Made by a program: the position numbers and the translations under genes
Shown here: positions 18,137 through 27,813 of the stretch, in pieces
How positions within the stretch are numbered: position 1 is the first letter of the stretch
Layout of the letters: every line of letters starts with the position of its first letter
Virus record (IMG/VR): IMGVR_UViG_2711768056_000010
Direction: 5' to 3' (one strand)
Length of the DNA: 33,498 nt
Source of the DNA: a virus
Lineage: Duplodnaviria > Heunggongvirae > Uroviricota > Caudoviricetes
Notes under the pieces: generated by a model
What the model was told of the DNA's origin: nothing
The model's database searches: none
What the model saw: only the letters and a program-made list of their open reading frames with translations

Positions 18137-19195
18137 TTACGCTCCGGCTTCTGCTGCAGCGGCGCTGAAATCGCCAATCTGGATGTTTTCCACCAGTGCG
18201 GCGCAGCGGTAGTCCTCAACCACATAGGCTTCGTTAACGGATTCAAAGTTTTCAATCCGGTCACGTTTCGGGTTGTCGATAACTGAACGGCGGCGGGTGT
18301 CTTCCTGCCAGTAGATGGACAGGTTATCCAGACGGGTGATCAGCAGCGCATTCGGCGGGAAGAACGGCGCACGCACGGCCTGCAGGCCCCCCATGCGTTT
18401 CTGACTGATGATCATATCGGCAGCCAGTTTTTCACTGTTTTCCTGCTCTTTGTTGACCAGCGGGAAATACTTGTCAGACAGCAGTTCACGACCGCAAATC
18501 ACCACCAGATCGTCATCGTCCTGGTAGACCACGTCGATAAGCTCATTGACCGCATCCATCACCACCGCGTCCAGGTTGGCATATTCGCCACCTTTCCCGA
18601 CTTTCACCGCACCCGGTGTGGTTTCACCGCCCGTGGTGGTGCTGCCCATGACGTGATCCGGTGCATCCTCACGGATTTTCTGCAGCCAGCCTTTGTTCAC
18701 ATCCTGCAGCAGCGGATTTTCGCTACGGTTGGAGGTTTTCGCACGCTTCACGCCGTTAAAGCCGATCATGATGCGGTCCAGTGCCTGACGTTTCACGATG
18801 GCGTTACGGATACGCACCTGGAAATCCTGAAACTTCGCCCACAGGTCCAGCTTCGCGTAGGTCAGCACCGTGTCAAAGTTGGTCTGTTCGCATTTGTATT
18901 CCACATCGACCATCAGCGTCGGATCGACAGGTTCACGCTCTTTCGCGGTGGTGTCAGTGGTTCCGGCAATGGTGCTGCCAACACCCAGCCCCAGCAACTG
19001 ACCAGACTGCTCAGTCACTGGCGTGACGTTAATCAGCGTCAGGAAAGAGGCGGACTGCTGGATCTGGTCTTCCAGTGTCTGCTGCACGGACGGCTCTACG
19101 GTGAACTTGCTGGACAGTTCTTCAACTGCCACACCGTTCAGACGCGCCAGCTGCTGCAGGTAAGCGTTAAAAGCAAAGCGGGTATTCTTCTTCAT
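18137..19195 (-). CDS. N: Major capsid protein N
   Basis: 352 aa; P2 gpN-like. Confidence 0.9.
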   Translation of the reverse strand: MKKNTRFAFNAYLQQLARLNGVAVEELSSKFTVEPSVQQTLEDQIQQSASFLTLINVTPVTEQSGQLLGLGVGSTIAGTTDTTAKEREPVDPTLMVDVEYKCEQTNFDTVLTYAKLDLWAKFQDFQVRIRNAIVKRQALDRIMIGFNGVKRAKTSNRSENPLLQDVNKGWLQKIREDAPDHVMGSTTTGGETTPGAVKVGKGGEYANLDAVVMDAVNELIDVVYQDDDDLVVICGRELLSDKYFPLVNKEQENSEKLAADMIISQKRMGGLQAVRAPFFPPNALLITRLDNLSIYWQEDTRRRSVIDNPKRDRIENFESVNEAYVVEDYRCAALVENIQIGDFSAAAAEAGA

Positions 19196-19211
19196 CGGGT
19201 TTTGTGCTCCA

Positions 19212-20045
19212 TCAGCAATTGGTCAGAGTGTCAGCGGGGGCGTTACCGCCCGTTGCACGCTGGCGGTAGTCCTGGCGGCTGTCTTCATGGCTCAGCTTAT
19301 TCACCAGTTCGTTAAAGGCGGTTTGCTGCTTCTGCAGAGCAGACTCCAGTTCAGACAGGCGTTCTTCCTGCTCAGACAGGGATTTTTCGGTGCGTGCGCT
19401 CAGGTTTTGCTGCTCAGTAGCGACCAGCTCCACGGCCTTATGCACATCAGAGAACCGGGCATCGTCTGACTGCTCTTTTTTGGTGAACAGCGCCGTGACG
19501 CGGGAAAACAGGGACGGTTTGTCGTCCTGGACTTCCTCCAGTTCGATCACCGTTTCCTCTGCAGCGGTAAAGAGATTGGCAGGATTTTGCTTGCGGTTTG
19601 CCAGCGGGTTATGGGCTGCACTGGCGCTGAATGTCAGCATTTCAGTGCCCAGACTGGCAGGGTCATCAGTGGCAGCCAGGCCGACCAGGTAGGCTTTGCC
19701 CGTATCAGCAAACTTCGGGCTGACTTCCATAGAGGTGAATAATTTCTGGCCTTTTTTCACCAGTTCCACCAGGGACTCCGTTGGCTCAACGTCGGCATAC
19801 AGTGCCATCTTGCCTGCCAGCGGACCTTCCGTGATTTCCTCAGCAAACAGCGCCGTCACCTTGCCGTAGCGGTTAAAGGTGCTGTCCGGCAAATAAGACT
19901 TGATGTGCTCAAGGTTAATCAGCGCGGTATACACCGCCGGGTTGTAGCTGGCTGCCATCTGTTCCAGCCATTCACGCTGGATTTCGCGTCCGTCGGTGGT
20001 GGCACCTTCCACCCCGATGCGAAAACGCTTTGCTTTCACTGTCAT
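19212..20045 (-). CDS. O: Capsid scaffolding protein O
   Basis: 277 aa; acidic/coiled-coil C-terminus; GGAG Shine-Dalgarno sequence. Confidence 0.88.
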   Translation of the reverse strand: MTVKAKRFRIGVEGATTDGREIQREWLEQMAASYNPAVYTALINLEHIKSYLPDSTFNRYGKVTALFAEEITEGPLAGKMALYADVEPTESLVELVKKGQKLFTSMEVSPKFADTGKAYLVGLAATDDPASLGTEMLTFSASAAHNPLANRKQNPANLFTAAEETVIELEEVQDDKPSLFSRVTALFTKKEQSDDARFSDVHKAVELVATEQQNLSARTEKSLSEQEERLSELESALQKQQTAFNELVNKLSHEDSRQDYRQRATGGNAPADTLTNC

Positions 20046-20122
20046 GAGCCGTGCTCCGTTAGAAAAAACTTACTGGAGCCTTATGGTTGCGGTGATGGGG
20101 GTAGTGAAACAATGCGCGGTAT

Positions 20123-20140
20123 TTGTACCGACAACCACAC
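20123..20140. promoter_or_regulatory. Candidate Ogr-dependent late promoter element (TGT-N12-ACA) in the O/P divergent region
   Basis: TGTACCGACAACCACACA in the 142-bp gap between O and P, about 80 bp upstream of the O start. Confidence 0.5.
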
Positions 20141-20187
20141 AAACCGCAGGCGGGGAAAGCCTTCATTCAAGGCTGTAGGTTTGTGCC

Positions 20188-21954
20188 ATGAACACCACAC
20201 TGACACCCGCAGATCTCGATCCCCGTCGGCAGGCCATGCTGCTGTACTTTCAGGGATACCGCGTAGCCCGCATTGCTGAAATGCTGGGCGAGAAAGTTGC
20301 AACCGTTCACAGCTGGAAAAAACGCGACAAGTGGGGTGATTATGGGCCGCTGGATCAGATGCAGCTCACCACCGCCGCACGCTACTGCCAGCTCATCATG
20401 AAGGAGCACAAAGAAGGGAAAGATTTCAAAGAGATTGACCTGCTGGCGCGCCAGTCGGAGCGCCACGCGCGGATCGGCAAGTTTAACAATGGCGGCAACG
20501 AAGCCGACTTAAACCCTAACGTCGCCAACCGCAACAAAGGCCCGCGTCGTCAGCCGGAAAAGAACGTTTTCACCGATGAACAGATTGAGAAGCTGGAAGA
20601 AATCTTCCATTCCTCCATGTTCAACTATCAGCGCCACTGGTGGGAAGCCGGAAAAACCAACCGCATCCGCAACCTGCTGAAGTCACGCCAGATCGGTGCG
20701 ACCTTTTACTTTGCCCGTGAAGCCCTGATTGACGCCCTGCTTACCGGACGTAACCAGATTTTCCTTTCTGCCAGTAAGGCACAGGCTCACGTCTTTAAGC
20801 AGTACATCATCGACTTCGCCAAAGAAGTGGAGGTGGAGCTGAAAGGCGATCCGATGGTGCTTCCCAACGGGGCCACACTGTATTTCCTCGGCACCAATGC
20901 CCGCACGGCCCAGAGTTACCACGGCAACCTGTATCTGGATGAATATTTCTGGATACCGAAATTCCAGGAGCTGCGCAAAGTGGCTTCCGGTATGGCTATT
21001 CACAAGAAATGGCGACAGACCTATTTTTCCACGCCATCCAGCCTGACACACAGTGCTTATCCGTTCTGGTCCGGTGCGCTGTTCAACCGTGGGCGCAATA
21101 AAGCCGATAAGGTGGACATCGACTTGTCCCACAGCAATCTGGCCCCCGGCCTGCTGTGCGCAGACGGGCAATACCGCCAGATAGTCACCGTGGAAGATGC
21201 GGTACGCGGCGGCTGTAACCTGTTCGACCTCGACCAGTTGCGCATGGAGTACAGCCCGGACGAATACCAGAACCTACTGATGTGCGAGTTCGTTGACGAT
21301 CTCGCATCTGTGTTCCCGCTCAGCGAATTGCAGGCGTGCATGGTGGACAGCTGGGAAGTCTGGACCGACTTTCATGCACTGGCCCTGCGCCCGTTTGGCT
21401 GGCACGAAGTGTGGATCGGTTATGACCCGGCAAAAGGTACGCAGAACGGCGACAGCGCCGGATGCGTGGTGGTGGCACCGCCAGCCGTGCCAGGCGGTAA
21501 GTTTCGCATTCTTGAGCGTCACCAGTGGCGCGGGATGGACTTCCGCGCCCAGGCTGACGCCATCAAAAAACTGACCGAACAGTACAACGTGACCTATATC
21601 GGTATCGACTCAACCGGCGTCGGTCACGGGGTTTACGAGAACGTGAAAGCGTTCTTTCCTGCCGTCCGGGAGTTTGTCTACAACCCCAACGTTAAAAACG
21701 CCCTGGTACTCAAGGCCTACGACATTATCAGCCACCGCCGTCTGGAGTTTGACGCCGGACATACCGACATTGCGCAGTCATTCATGGCAATCCGTCGCGC
21801 CACCACCGCCAGTGGCAACCGCCCGACCTACGAAGCCAGCCGCAGCGAAGAAGCCAGCCATGCCGATCTGGCATGGGCAACCATGCACGCACTGTTTAAC
21901 GAACCGCTGCAGGGCGAGTCCGCCAATACCAGCAATATTGTGGAGATTTTTTGA
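20188..21954 (+). CDS. P: Terminase ATPase (large) subunit P
   Basis: 588 aa; P2 gpP-like; stop overlaps Q start (ATGA). Confidence 0.9.
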   Translation: MNTTLTPADLDPRRQAMLLYFQGYRVARIAEMLGEKVATVHSWKKRDKWGDYGPLDQMQLTTAARYCQLIMKEHKEGKDFKEIDLLARQSERHARIGKFNNGGNEADLNPNVANRNKGPRRQPEKNVFTDEQIEKLEEIFHSSMFNYQRHWWEAGKTNRIRNLLKSRQIGATFYFAREALIDALLTGRNQIFLSASKAQAHVFKQYIIDFAKEVEVELKGDPMVLPNGATLYFLGTNARTAQSYHGNLYLDEYFWIPKFQELRKVASGMAIHKKWRQTYFSTPSSLTHSAYPFWSGALFNRGRNKADKVDIDLSHSNLAPGLLCADGQYRQIVTVEDAVRGGCNLFDLDQLRMEYSPDEYQNLLMCEFVDDLASVFPLSELQACMVDSWEVWTDFHALALRPFGWHEVWIGYDPAKGTQNGDSAGCVVVAPPAVPGGKFRILERHQWRGMDFRAQADAIKKLTEQYNVTYIGIDSTGVGHGVYENVKAFFPAVREFVYNPNVKNALVLKAYDIISHRRLEFDAGHTDIAQSFMAIRRATTASGNRPTYEASRSEEASHADLAWATMHALFNEPLQGESANTSNIVEIF

Positions 21955-22994
21955 TGAAAGAACATATCGCGCCAGGCGAAACCGTAACTGCAGAAGAAAC
22001 TAAAAAACCCGTTGCGGAGGCTTTCAGCTTTGGTGATCCCATTCCTGTACTGGACCGCCGCGAACTGCTGGACTATGTGGAATGCGTACAGATGGATCGC
22101 TGGTATGAGCCGCCCGTCAGCTTTGACGGACTGGCGCGCACCTTCCGCGCCGCCGTGCACCACAGCTCCCCGATCAGTGTTAAGCGTGACATTATCAGCA
22201 GTACCTATATTCCACATCGCCTTCTCAGCCAGCAGGCATTTACCCGTTTTGTGCAGGACTATCTGGTTTTTGGTAACGCCTACCTGGAGAAACGCACGAA
22301 CCGCTTTGGTGAAGTTATTTCGCTGGAGCCTGCACTGGCAAAATACACCCGACGCGGGCTTGACCTTGAAACATACTGGTTTGTGCAATACAGCCTGACG
22401 ACACAGCCGTATCAGTTCACAAAAGGTAACGTCTTCCACCTGATGGAGCCGGATATCAACCAGGAGATTTATGGTCTGCCGGGTTACCTTTCTGCCATTC
22501 CGTCAGCTCTGCTCAACGAATCCGCCACGCTGTTTCGCCGCAAGTATTACATTAACGGCAGCCACGCAGGCTTCATCATGTACATGACCGACGCCGCACA
22601 GAACCAGGAGGATGTGAACAACATCCGCAAGGCAATGAAAAGTGCTAAAGGACCGGGCAACTTCCGCAACCTGTTTATGTACTCGCCTAACGGCAAAAAA
22701 GATGGCATTCAGATTATCCCGTTGTCGGAAGTCGCGGCGAAGGATGAATTTCTGAACATCAAGAACGTCAGCCGCGATGACATGATGGCGGCTCACCGCG
22801 TACCGCCGCAAATGATGGGCATCATTCCCAACAACACTGGCGGCTTTGGGGATGTGGAAAAAGCGAGCCGTGTCTTCGTCCGCAATGAACTGATGCCCCT
22901 GCAAAAGCGACTGCAGGAGCTGAATGACTGGCTGGATGAAGAGGTTATCCGTTTTGAAGCCTATGACTTAGGACTTAAGGGCAAACGAAGCTGA
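21954..22994 (+). CDS. Q: Portal protein Q
   Basis: P2 gpQ-like; ORF-track TTG start trimmed to ATG at 21954 with GGAG Shine-Dalgarno sequence. Confidence 0.9.
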   Translation: MKEHIAPGETVTAEETKKPVAEAFSFGDPIPVLDRRELLDYVECVQMDRWYEPPVSFDGLARTFRAAVHHSSPISVKRDIISSTYIPHRLLSQQAFTRFVQDYLVFGNAYLEKRTNRFGEVISLEPALAKYTRRGLDLETYWFVQYSLTTQPYQFTKGNVFHLMEPDINQEIYGLPGYLSAIPSALLNESATLFRRKYYINGSHAGFIMYMTDAAQNQEDVNNIRKAMKSAKGPGNFRNLFMYSPNGKKDGIQIIPLSEVAAKDEFLNIKNVSRDDMMAAHRVPPQMMGIIPNNTGGFGDVEKASRVFVRNELMPLQKRLQELNDWLDEEVIRFEAYDLGLKGKRS

Positions 22995-23155
22995 CATACT
23001 CATAACATCAATAACCGACCAACTCTCACAACGCCTCAGCAGCATTCTGCGGGGCGTTTCTTTTTGCCCTGACATCTTACCCCCCTCCACTAAATGAGGC
23101 CGCCAGCGGGCCAGAGGCTGTGCCGGATTTTGGCCATTTTACCCCGTTGCGCGCG

Positions 23156-23174
23156 CTCGTATCCCCGCCACGCC
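23156..23174 (-). other. Candidate cos cohesive-end site
   Basis: Minus-strand GGCGTGGCGGGGATACGAG; its first 13 nt match the P2/186 cohesive-end sequence as I recall it (GGCG[A/T]GGCGGGGAAAGCA-); located just beyond Q as in P2. Confidence 0.5.
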
Positions 23175-23217
23175 TGCCCGCTTTGTGTAGTGGTTTTCAT
23201 GCAGGTGCCTGATCCAC

Positions 23218-23243
23218 GCAAAAGCCCGCCAGTTCTGGCGGGC
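23218..23243 (-). terminator. Rho-independent terminator downstream of the 372-aa cargo gene
   Basis: GCCCGCCAG/CTGGCGGGC stem followed by TTTTGC on the minus strand. Confidence 0.65.
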
Positions 23244-23309
23244 CTTAGCAAAAACGATCCTCAAACGGTCATGCAAATTCAGGCAGCATAGGCATGCACT
23301 GTTGTTAGG

Positions 23310-24428
23310 TTAGTTCGTAATGCCAATTTCCTTCAAAACTTTAGCCATTTCCGTCTGACTTAACTTGTTCCTGAACAAAGTGAAATTTTTCATTTTTTCC
23401 GCTCGTTGCCCTTTTGAAATAGTAATCTTTCCTGATGCTGATAACTCAGAGTCAAAAAAATAACATATTGTTGAATTTGAATTCTCCATATTTGACTTGA
23501 TACAATTCCATATGCTTTCTTTTTTCATTTCACACATTCTAGGACCAAAAATGATCCCTTTAACAACATTAGCATCATGATGAAAAATATGTCCAATATT
23601 TCGATTTACGCGTCTTTGAACATGCCGCTCACTCCCTATTCCTGCATTTGCCTCCGGAATAAACATTCGATATTCAGCTTCATATCTCCAAAATCTATTT
23701 TTAGTTAAAAATAACTCTGCAACATTTGCGCTTGGGTCTAGAAGTGAAACCTCTTTAGCCTGATTACTATATTTTATTGGCTTAACTGGAAAATTAAATT
23801 TATCTGATGAAAATAAATTTTCTCTTAGCTTCATTCCAGTATAGGGTATACCATCAATATTAAAATCCTGCGTTTCATAAATCACAACACAACCACTAAA
23901 GCCAGCAGCATAATGCGCCCACATCATACGATCTAACGCATTAGCTGAAAATGACACACTGAATACTGCAGGAACTATTTTCCTATACAACCTTTCTTTG
24001 ATACTGTTCTCGCAAAGTGAAACCAAATATTGGCGTGGTTCAGGAATATTTCCATAAATAGCAGAATTAATCACATTGATAGGTAGTAAACCATCATCTA
24101 TGATCTTACGTATCTCATCAACGTGTGAGTCAAACAGGCTATCTAATGACTCAATGCTACTTTTTATTTTTTTTCCTCTAAAAATACGATTCAATCCCTT
24201 ATGTATTTTCAAATTACTCAAATCCAATATGTGACTCAAATTTTTATAGGATTTATCGCAAGGAGAACGCAATAAAATGTCCCATAATTTCAATTTATTA
24301 TCGAAGCGATAATCTATATTGAGATCATTGGGATCATTCAATTGCGCAGGAGCGGAAAAATATAATTCATTATAACGAATAGCTTTCTCAAAGAAGAAGT
24401 CCGGACGGTAATACTTGAAAAGATACAT
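23310..24428 (-). CDS. Orphan DUF2971-like protein (hotspot cargo; candidate defence/abortive-infection gene)
   Basis: 372 aa, markedly AT-rich; motifs LFKYY...ELYFSAP..LNDPND, MWAHYA and FWRYEAEYR resemble DUF2971 as I remember it; own upstream intergenic region and own terminator. Confidence 0.6.
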   Translation of the reverse strand: MYLFKYYRPDFFFEKAIRYNELYFSAPAQLNDPNDLNIDYRFDNKLKLWDILLRSPCDKSYKNLSHILDLSNLKIHKGLNRIFRGKKIKSSIESLDSLFDSHVDEIRKIIDDGLLPINVINSAIYGNIPEPRQYLVSLCENSIKERLYRKIVPAVFSVSFSANALDRMMWAHYAAGFSGCVVIYETQDFNIDGIPYTGMKLRENLFSSDKFNFPVKPIKYSNQAKEVSLLDPSANVAELFLTKNRFWRYEAEYRMFIPEANAGIGSERHVQRRVNRNIGHIFHHDANVVKGIIFGPRMCEMKKESIWNCIKSNMENSNSTICYFFDSELSASGKITISKGQRAEKMKNFTLFRNKLSQTEMAKVLKEIGITN

Positions 24429-24812
24429 GACATTACCTATAACATTGCAATATTAATAACCGTATGAAAACAGTTTGATTGTATTGATAATATCCTATTC
24501 TGCATATACCACAGTGTAAAGATTAATTTTAAATACCATATCCAACAGTAAATCATGTATCGACCGCCAGATAAGAAGCTTTTGAAAAACTTGGACGATA
24601 ATTAATCAAAAGCTCTTCCCATCCTGTATCCTCTATCTCACTCTTTTGGACATTGAAAGAAGCCCCTCTGATCGGGAATGATTGTTTCCAGCGTTTGACC
24701 ACGATATACAATATGATATTTGATGTCTTTTGATCAGATGGCTAACGCCTCGCATAGCTCGTTGTTCAACCTTGCTGACGCCAGAAGCAAGTTCAGACGC
24801 CAGCAACGTTTC

Positions 24813-25046
24813 TTAATGCAGCCAGCTGTCGTCTTCCCACACCTTCTGCATAATTTTCATCACTTGTTTCCTTTCTTCGTCCAGTTGCAGTCCGGTCAGT
24901 TCCACACCGTTAGAGCTACCTTTACGGATACGAATTACCGTTTTGGGATACAGGGGGCGCAGATTGCGGTAAAGCTCTGATTCAAGGGCGTCCAGGGTAG
25001 ACTGGCTAATCTTCTGCTCTTTATCGATCATTATTTCAATGCGCAT
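24813..25046 (-). CDS. dinI: DinI-like protein
   Basis: MRIEIMIDKEQKISQSTLDALESEL...QKVWEDDSWLH resembles DinI (MRIEVTIAK...WESADDWF); ORF-track start trimmed to ATG at 25046 with GAGGGGA Shine-Dalgarno sequence. Confidence 0.75.
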   Translation of the reverse strand: MRIEIMIDKEQKISQSTLDALESELYRNLRPLYPKTVIRIRKGSSNGVELTGLQLDEERKQVMKIMQKVWEDDSWLH

Positions 25047-25056
25047 AAAAGTCCCC

Positions 25057-25245
25057 TCAGCTGATGACATCCATTGAGCGGTTGTATTCGTGGCTTCTGA
25101 TTTTTGCCATGAGTTCATCTGTCAGTTCAGAAACCCACTGCAGGGCCAGCCCCTTCTCTTCATCACTACACTCACTAGCCGCTACAAGCTTAAGAAAAAA
25201 ATCAATGCGCTGGAGCTTCAAAGACTCCAAAAAATAGTCCTGCAT
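25057..25245 (-). CDS. Small SOS-controlled protein, possible Tum-like antirepressor N-terminal module
   Basis: 62 aa from ATG at 25245 with a strong AGGAGG Shine-Dalgarno sequence; LexA box 45 bp upstream; 10 nt upstream of dinI-like gene; role inferred from position equivalent to 186 tum. Confidence 0.5.
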   Translation of the reverse strand: MQDYFLESLKLQRIDFFLKLVAASECSDEEKGLALQWVSELTDELMAKIRSHEYNRSMDVIS

Positions 25246-25288
25246 CTTTCCTCCTATGACACCACAAGCAATACTGTATGCATAACCA

Positions 25289-25304
25289 CTGTTTATATTT
25301 ACAG
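25289..25304 (-). promoter_or_regulatory. LexA (SOS) box
   Basis: CTGTTTATATTTACAG (CTGT-N8-ACAG with AT-rich spacer), flanked as ACTGT...ACAGTA. Confidence 0.75.
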
Positions 25305-25398
25305 TATATAATAATCTTACTGATGTAAAACGTTTTTTTACGTTCATCAGCCTGATATGCCTGGTATTATTAAGAGCACGAATTGTTAATCCGCGTAA

Positions 25399-27813
25399 TT
25401 AATACAGGTTCCGCCACTTATCATCTTCCTGCAAACGCTGGTTCCGATAGAAAATACGCAGGCCTGCTCCTGACGGAATGCTGCCGCCGCGAAGGAGTAA
25501 ATCGACCTCTTTCTCGCTGCCATCAAATCCTCTGGACTTCAGTTCATAGACGAGCTGCTGTCGTTGATGGTCTGTAATTCGCTGTTTGTAGTCTCTACGC
25601 CGTTTCGGTTTCACCAGGCGTAACCTTGCAGCCAGTTCCCGGCGTTCTTTTTTGTTCATACTGTGCAGGTAATCGTGCAACTCCTTGTCATCCATACGGG
25701 TGATATCCGTTCTGGTATCCCCATCAGCTGATTTGTCTTTCCCTTGTTGGTACAAATTTTCAGCAAGGGGACAGTTATTGCCACGAGTCCAAGGGGCGCA
25801 AGCGCCCTGGTCGGCTGCCGCCTCCTGAACGTCAACGGCTTTACGAACCATTTTCCACTTCACTGCATGAGTGCAGATCTTGCCCTCTGCAATGGGTGAC
25901 CAGATGCCATAAATACGAATGCCGTGATCGCCATAGGCGGTCGGCTCTTCGTTGATTTCATAAGCGGTTCTGATGAGGTGATATTTACGGGGAACCAGTA
26001 CGCCGCCCTGCTTCATGATGTAGGTGGCAAAACAACCAGCATCAGCAGCAGCCAGAATGGCATCAAGACGCGGGTTATCCAGTACCGGCGCACCTGCTTT
26101 TTTGTCACCCTGTTGCCTTGCCGCCTGACCAGCCAGCAAGCGAAGTTCACGGTAAGCCTGACGCCCCGGAATACCAAAGAAGCGGAATTGCTGAACACGA
26201 TGCAGAGACGCCCAGGCATTCACGTATTCAGCGTTATCACGCAGAGATTTACCCGTTTCCTTGCTGATCTCGCCAGCCAGACCACGACCGTCAATGTTCT
26301 TACTGATATATTTCGCGATGTAGCTTGTCGGCGTTCCTTTGCGCGGGTTAATCAACTCAGACTTAAAGCGCGGCCCAGTGTTATTGCCCAGCTCCTCGCG
26401 GTCTTCACGGATGGCAAACTTACGCAGTAATGCAGTGATGGCACGGCGGTCTTTTTTGCGCATGAAACACAACAGGTGCCAGTGAACTGTGCCATCATGA
26501 TGCGGCTCAGCCACCCGCACGCCATACCAGCGCAACCCGGCTTTGTGCATCGCCTTACGAAATGCAGCAAACATGCCGACCAGATAATCGCTGCTTTGTC
26601 TTACCGTCGCGTTTGTCCAGGTCGGGTTTGGTCTGCCGTTATTTAGCGTGGAATGGAAACGCGACGGACAGGTGATAGTGTAGAAAACGGCGCAGTCACC
26701 GCGCATTTCCGCGATAAGCTCCAGACCTTTAACACAGGCCATCATCTCATTGCGGCGATGCGCAGGGTTGCTGCTGCTGGCGTTTACCACATCCTCCATG
26801 TCCAGCGTGTCGCCGTCTTCGTTCACCAGTTCATGAGAACGGAAAAACTCCAGCGACTTACGGCGCTGCTCACGTTTATGCATCACGGCTTCATAGCTGA
26901 CATAAGGAGATGCTTTTTTGCTGACCAGGCAAACAGCGCGCAACTGCTCTTCCCGCCATTCGCAACGCATCTTCCATAATTTCCGATACCACCAGTCGGC
27001 GCACAACATACGCGCCAGCGAACCCGGAATGAGTTCATAGAGCACGGGTTTACGGCGGTTTCTTTTCCGACGGAGTTGCTCAAACGCAGGTGGGATGACA
27101 TCCAGACGCAGGGTTTCCGCTGCCACCTTTTCCCATGTCTTGCGGATTTCTTCTGGCTTAACGTCATCGGTGGCATACAAATCACCACAAGCTGCATCAA
27201 GGCACATACTCATATGCGCAGCTACCAGGGTGGACAGGCGTTTCACCTGATCCTGACTCATTTCAGGCAGGATCAGCAGGCCGTCCAGCCCTTCATGGCT
27301 TGCCATAAAGCGAAAAGATGCAGATAGCTGACTGTCGCGTACATGCTCCAGTCGTTCCAGGCATGGCTTAATCGTCTCACGTAAATAGCGGGAATAAGCC
27401 TTTGGCCTGCCCAGGCTGCTGAAGTATTCAATACGTTGCATCAGCGGCTTGCTGATATGGGAAGGCTGGGCGTTGACGTCCGCCAGAATGACCATGTCTG
27501 AATTAAAACGCTGCTGCTCATGCGCCAGCTTTGCCCGGCTAATGAGCTTATCCTGCTCCATTTCGCGCTGGACAGGATCACGTGATTCATTAAAGAAATA
27601 ACGCTCCCAGACCTGATCACTCAGTGCCTCGCGGCGCAACTGTTCCTGCTCGTTATCGGCAGCGTACAGAGTGATCAGGTTTGAAAGCGTAGAAACCGGC
27701 GCAACTTCCGCCGGGTCCAGATAAGGGTTAATGGCCTTTTTCGGGCTGTTCCATGAGAATGCTGCGGCAGCCTCGTTAAAGCCGCAGCAGTTGTTCATAT
27801 CGGCATGACTCAT
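25399..27813 (-). CDS. A: Replication initiation endonuclease A (rolling-circle)
   Basis: 804 aa, in the position of P2/186 gpA; start ATG overlaps dam stop (ATGA). Confidence 0.85.
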   Translation of the reverse strand: MSHADMNNCCGFNEAAAAFSWNSPKKAINPYLDPAEVAPVSTLSNLITLYAADNEQEQLRREALSDQVWERYFFNESRDPVQREMEQDKLISRAKLAHEQQRFNSDMVILADVNAQPSHISKPLMQRIEYFSSLGRPKAYSRYLRETIKPCLERLEHVRDSQLSASFRFMASHEGLDGLLILPEMSQDQVKRLSTLVAAHMSMCLDAACGDLYATDDVKPEEIRKTWEKVAAETLRLDVIPPAFEQLRRKRNRRKPVLYELIPGSLARMLCADWWYRKLWKMRCEWREEQLRAVCLVSKKASPYVSYEAVMHKREQRRKSLEFFRSHELVNEDGDTLDMEDVVNASSSNPAHRRNEMMACVKGLELIAEMRGDCAVFYTITCPSRFHSTLNNGRPNPTWTNATVRQSSDYLVGMFAAFRKAMHKAGLRWYGVRVAEPHHDGTVHWHLLCFMRKKDRRAITALLRKFAIREDREELGNNTGPRFKSELINPRKGTPTSYIAKYISKNIDGRGLAGEISKETGKSLRDNAEYVNAWASLHRVQQFRFFGIPGRQAYRELRLLAGQAARQQGDKKAGAPVLDNPRLDAILAAADAGCFATYIMKQGGVLVPRKYHLIRTAYEINEEPTAYGDHGIRIYGIWSPIAEGKICTHAVKWKMVRKAVDVQEAAADQGACAPWTRGNNCPLAENLYQQGKDKSADGDTRTDITRMDDKELHDYLHSMNKKERRELAARLRLVKPKRRRDYKQRITDHQRQQLVYELKSRGFDGSEKEVDLLLRGGSIPSGAGLRIFYRNQRLQEDDKWRNLY

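Noticed and set aside
18653-19315. 220-aa plus-strand ORF opposite capsid gene N
   Set aside because: Antisense to a confidently assigned major capsid gene.
24576-24614. Inverted repeat AAGCTTTTGA-N20-TCAAAAGCT downstream of dinI
   Set aside because: AT-rich stem with no adjacent T-tract on the transcribed strand; not convincing as a terminator, and any operator role is unsupported.
24720-24980. 86-aa plus-strand ORF overlapping the dinI-like gene
   Set aside because: Antisense to an ORF with a clear Shine-Dalgarno sequence and DinI similarity.
24813-25347. Longer ORF-track versions of the dinI-like (101 aa) and upstream small gene (96 aa)
   Set aside because: The N-terminal extensions overlap each other and lack ribosome-binding sites; internal ATGs at 25046 and 25245 have strong Shine-Dalgarno sequences and give DinI-length and compact products.
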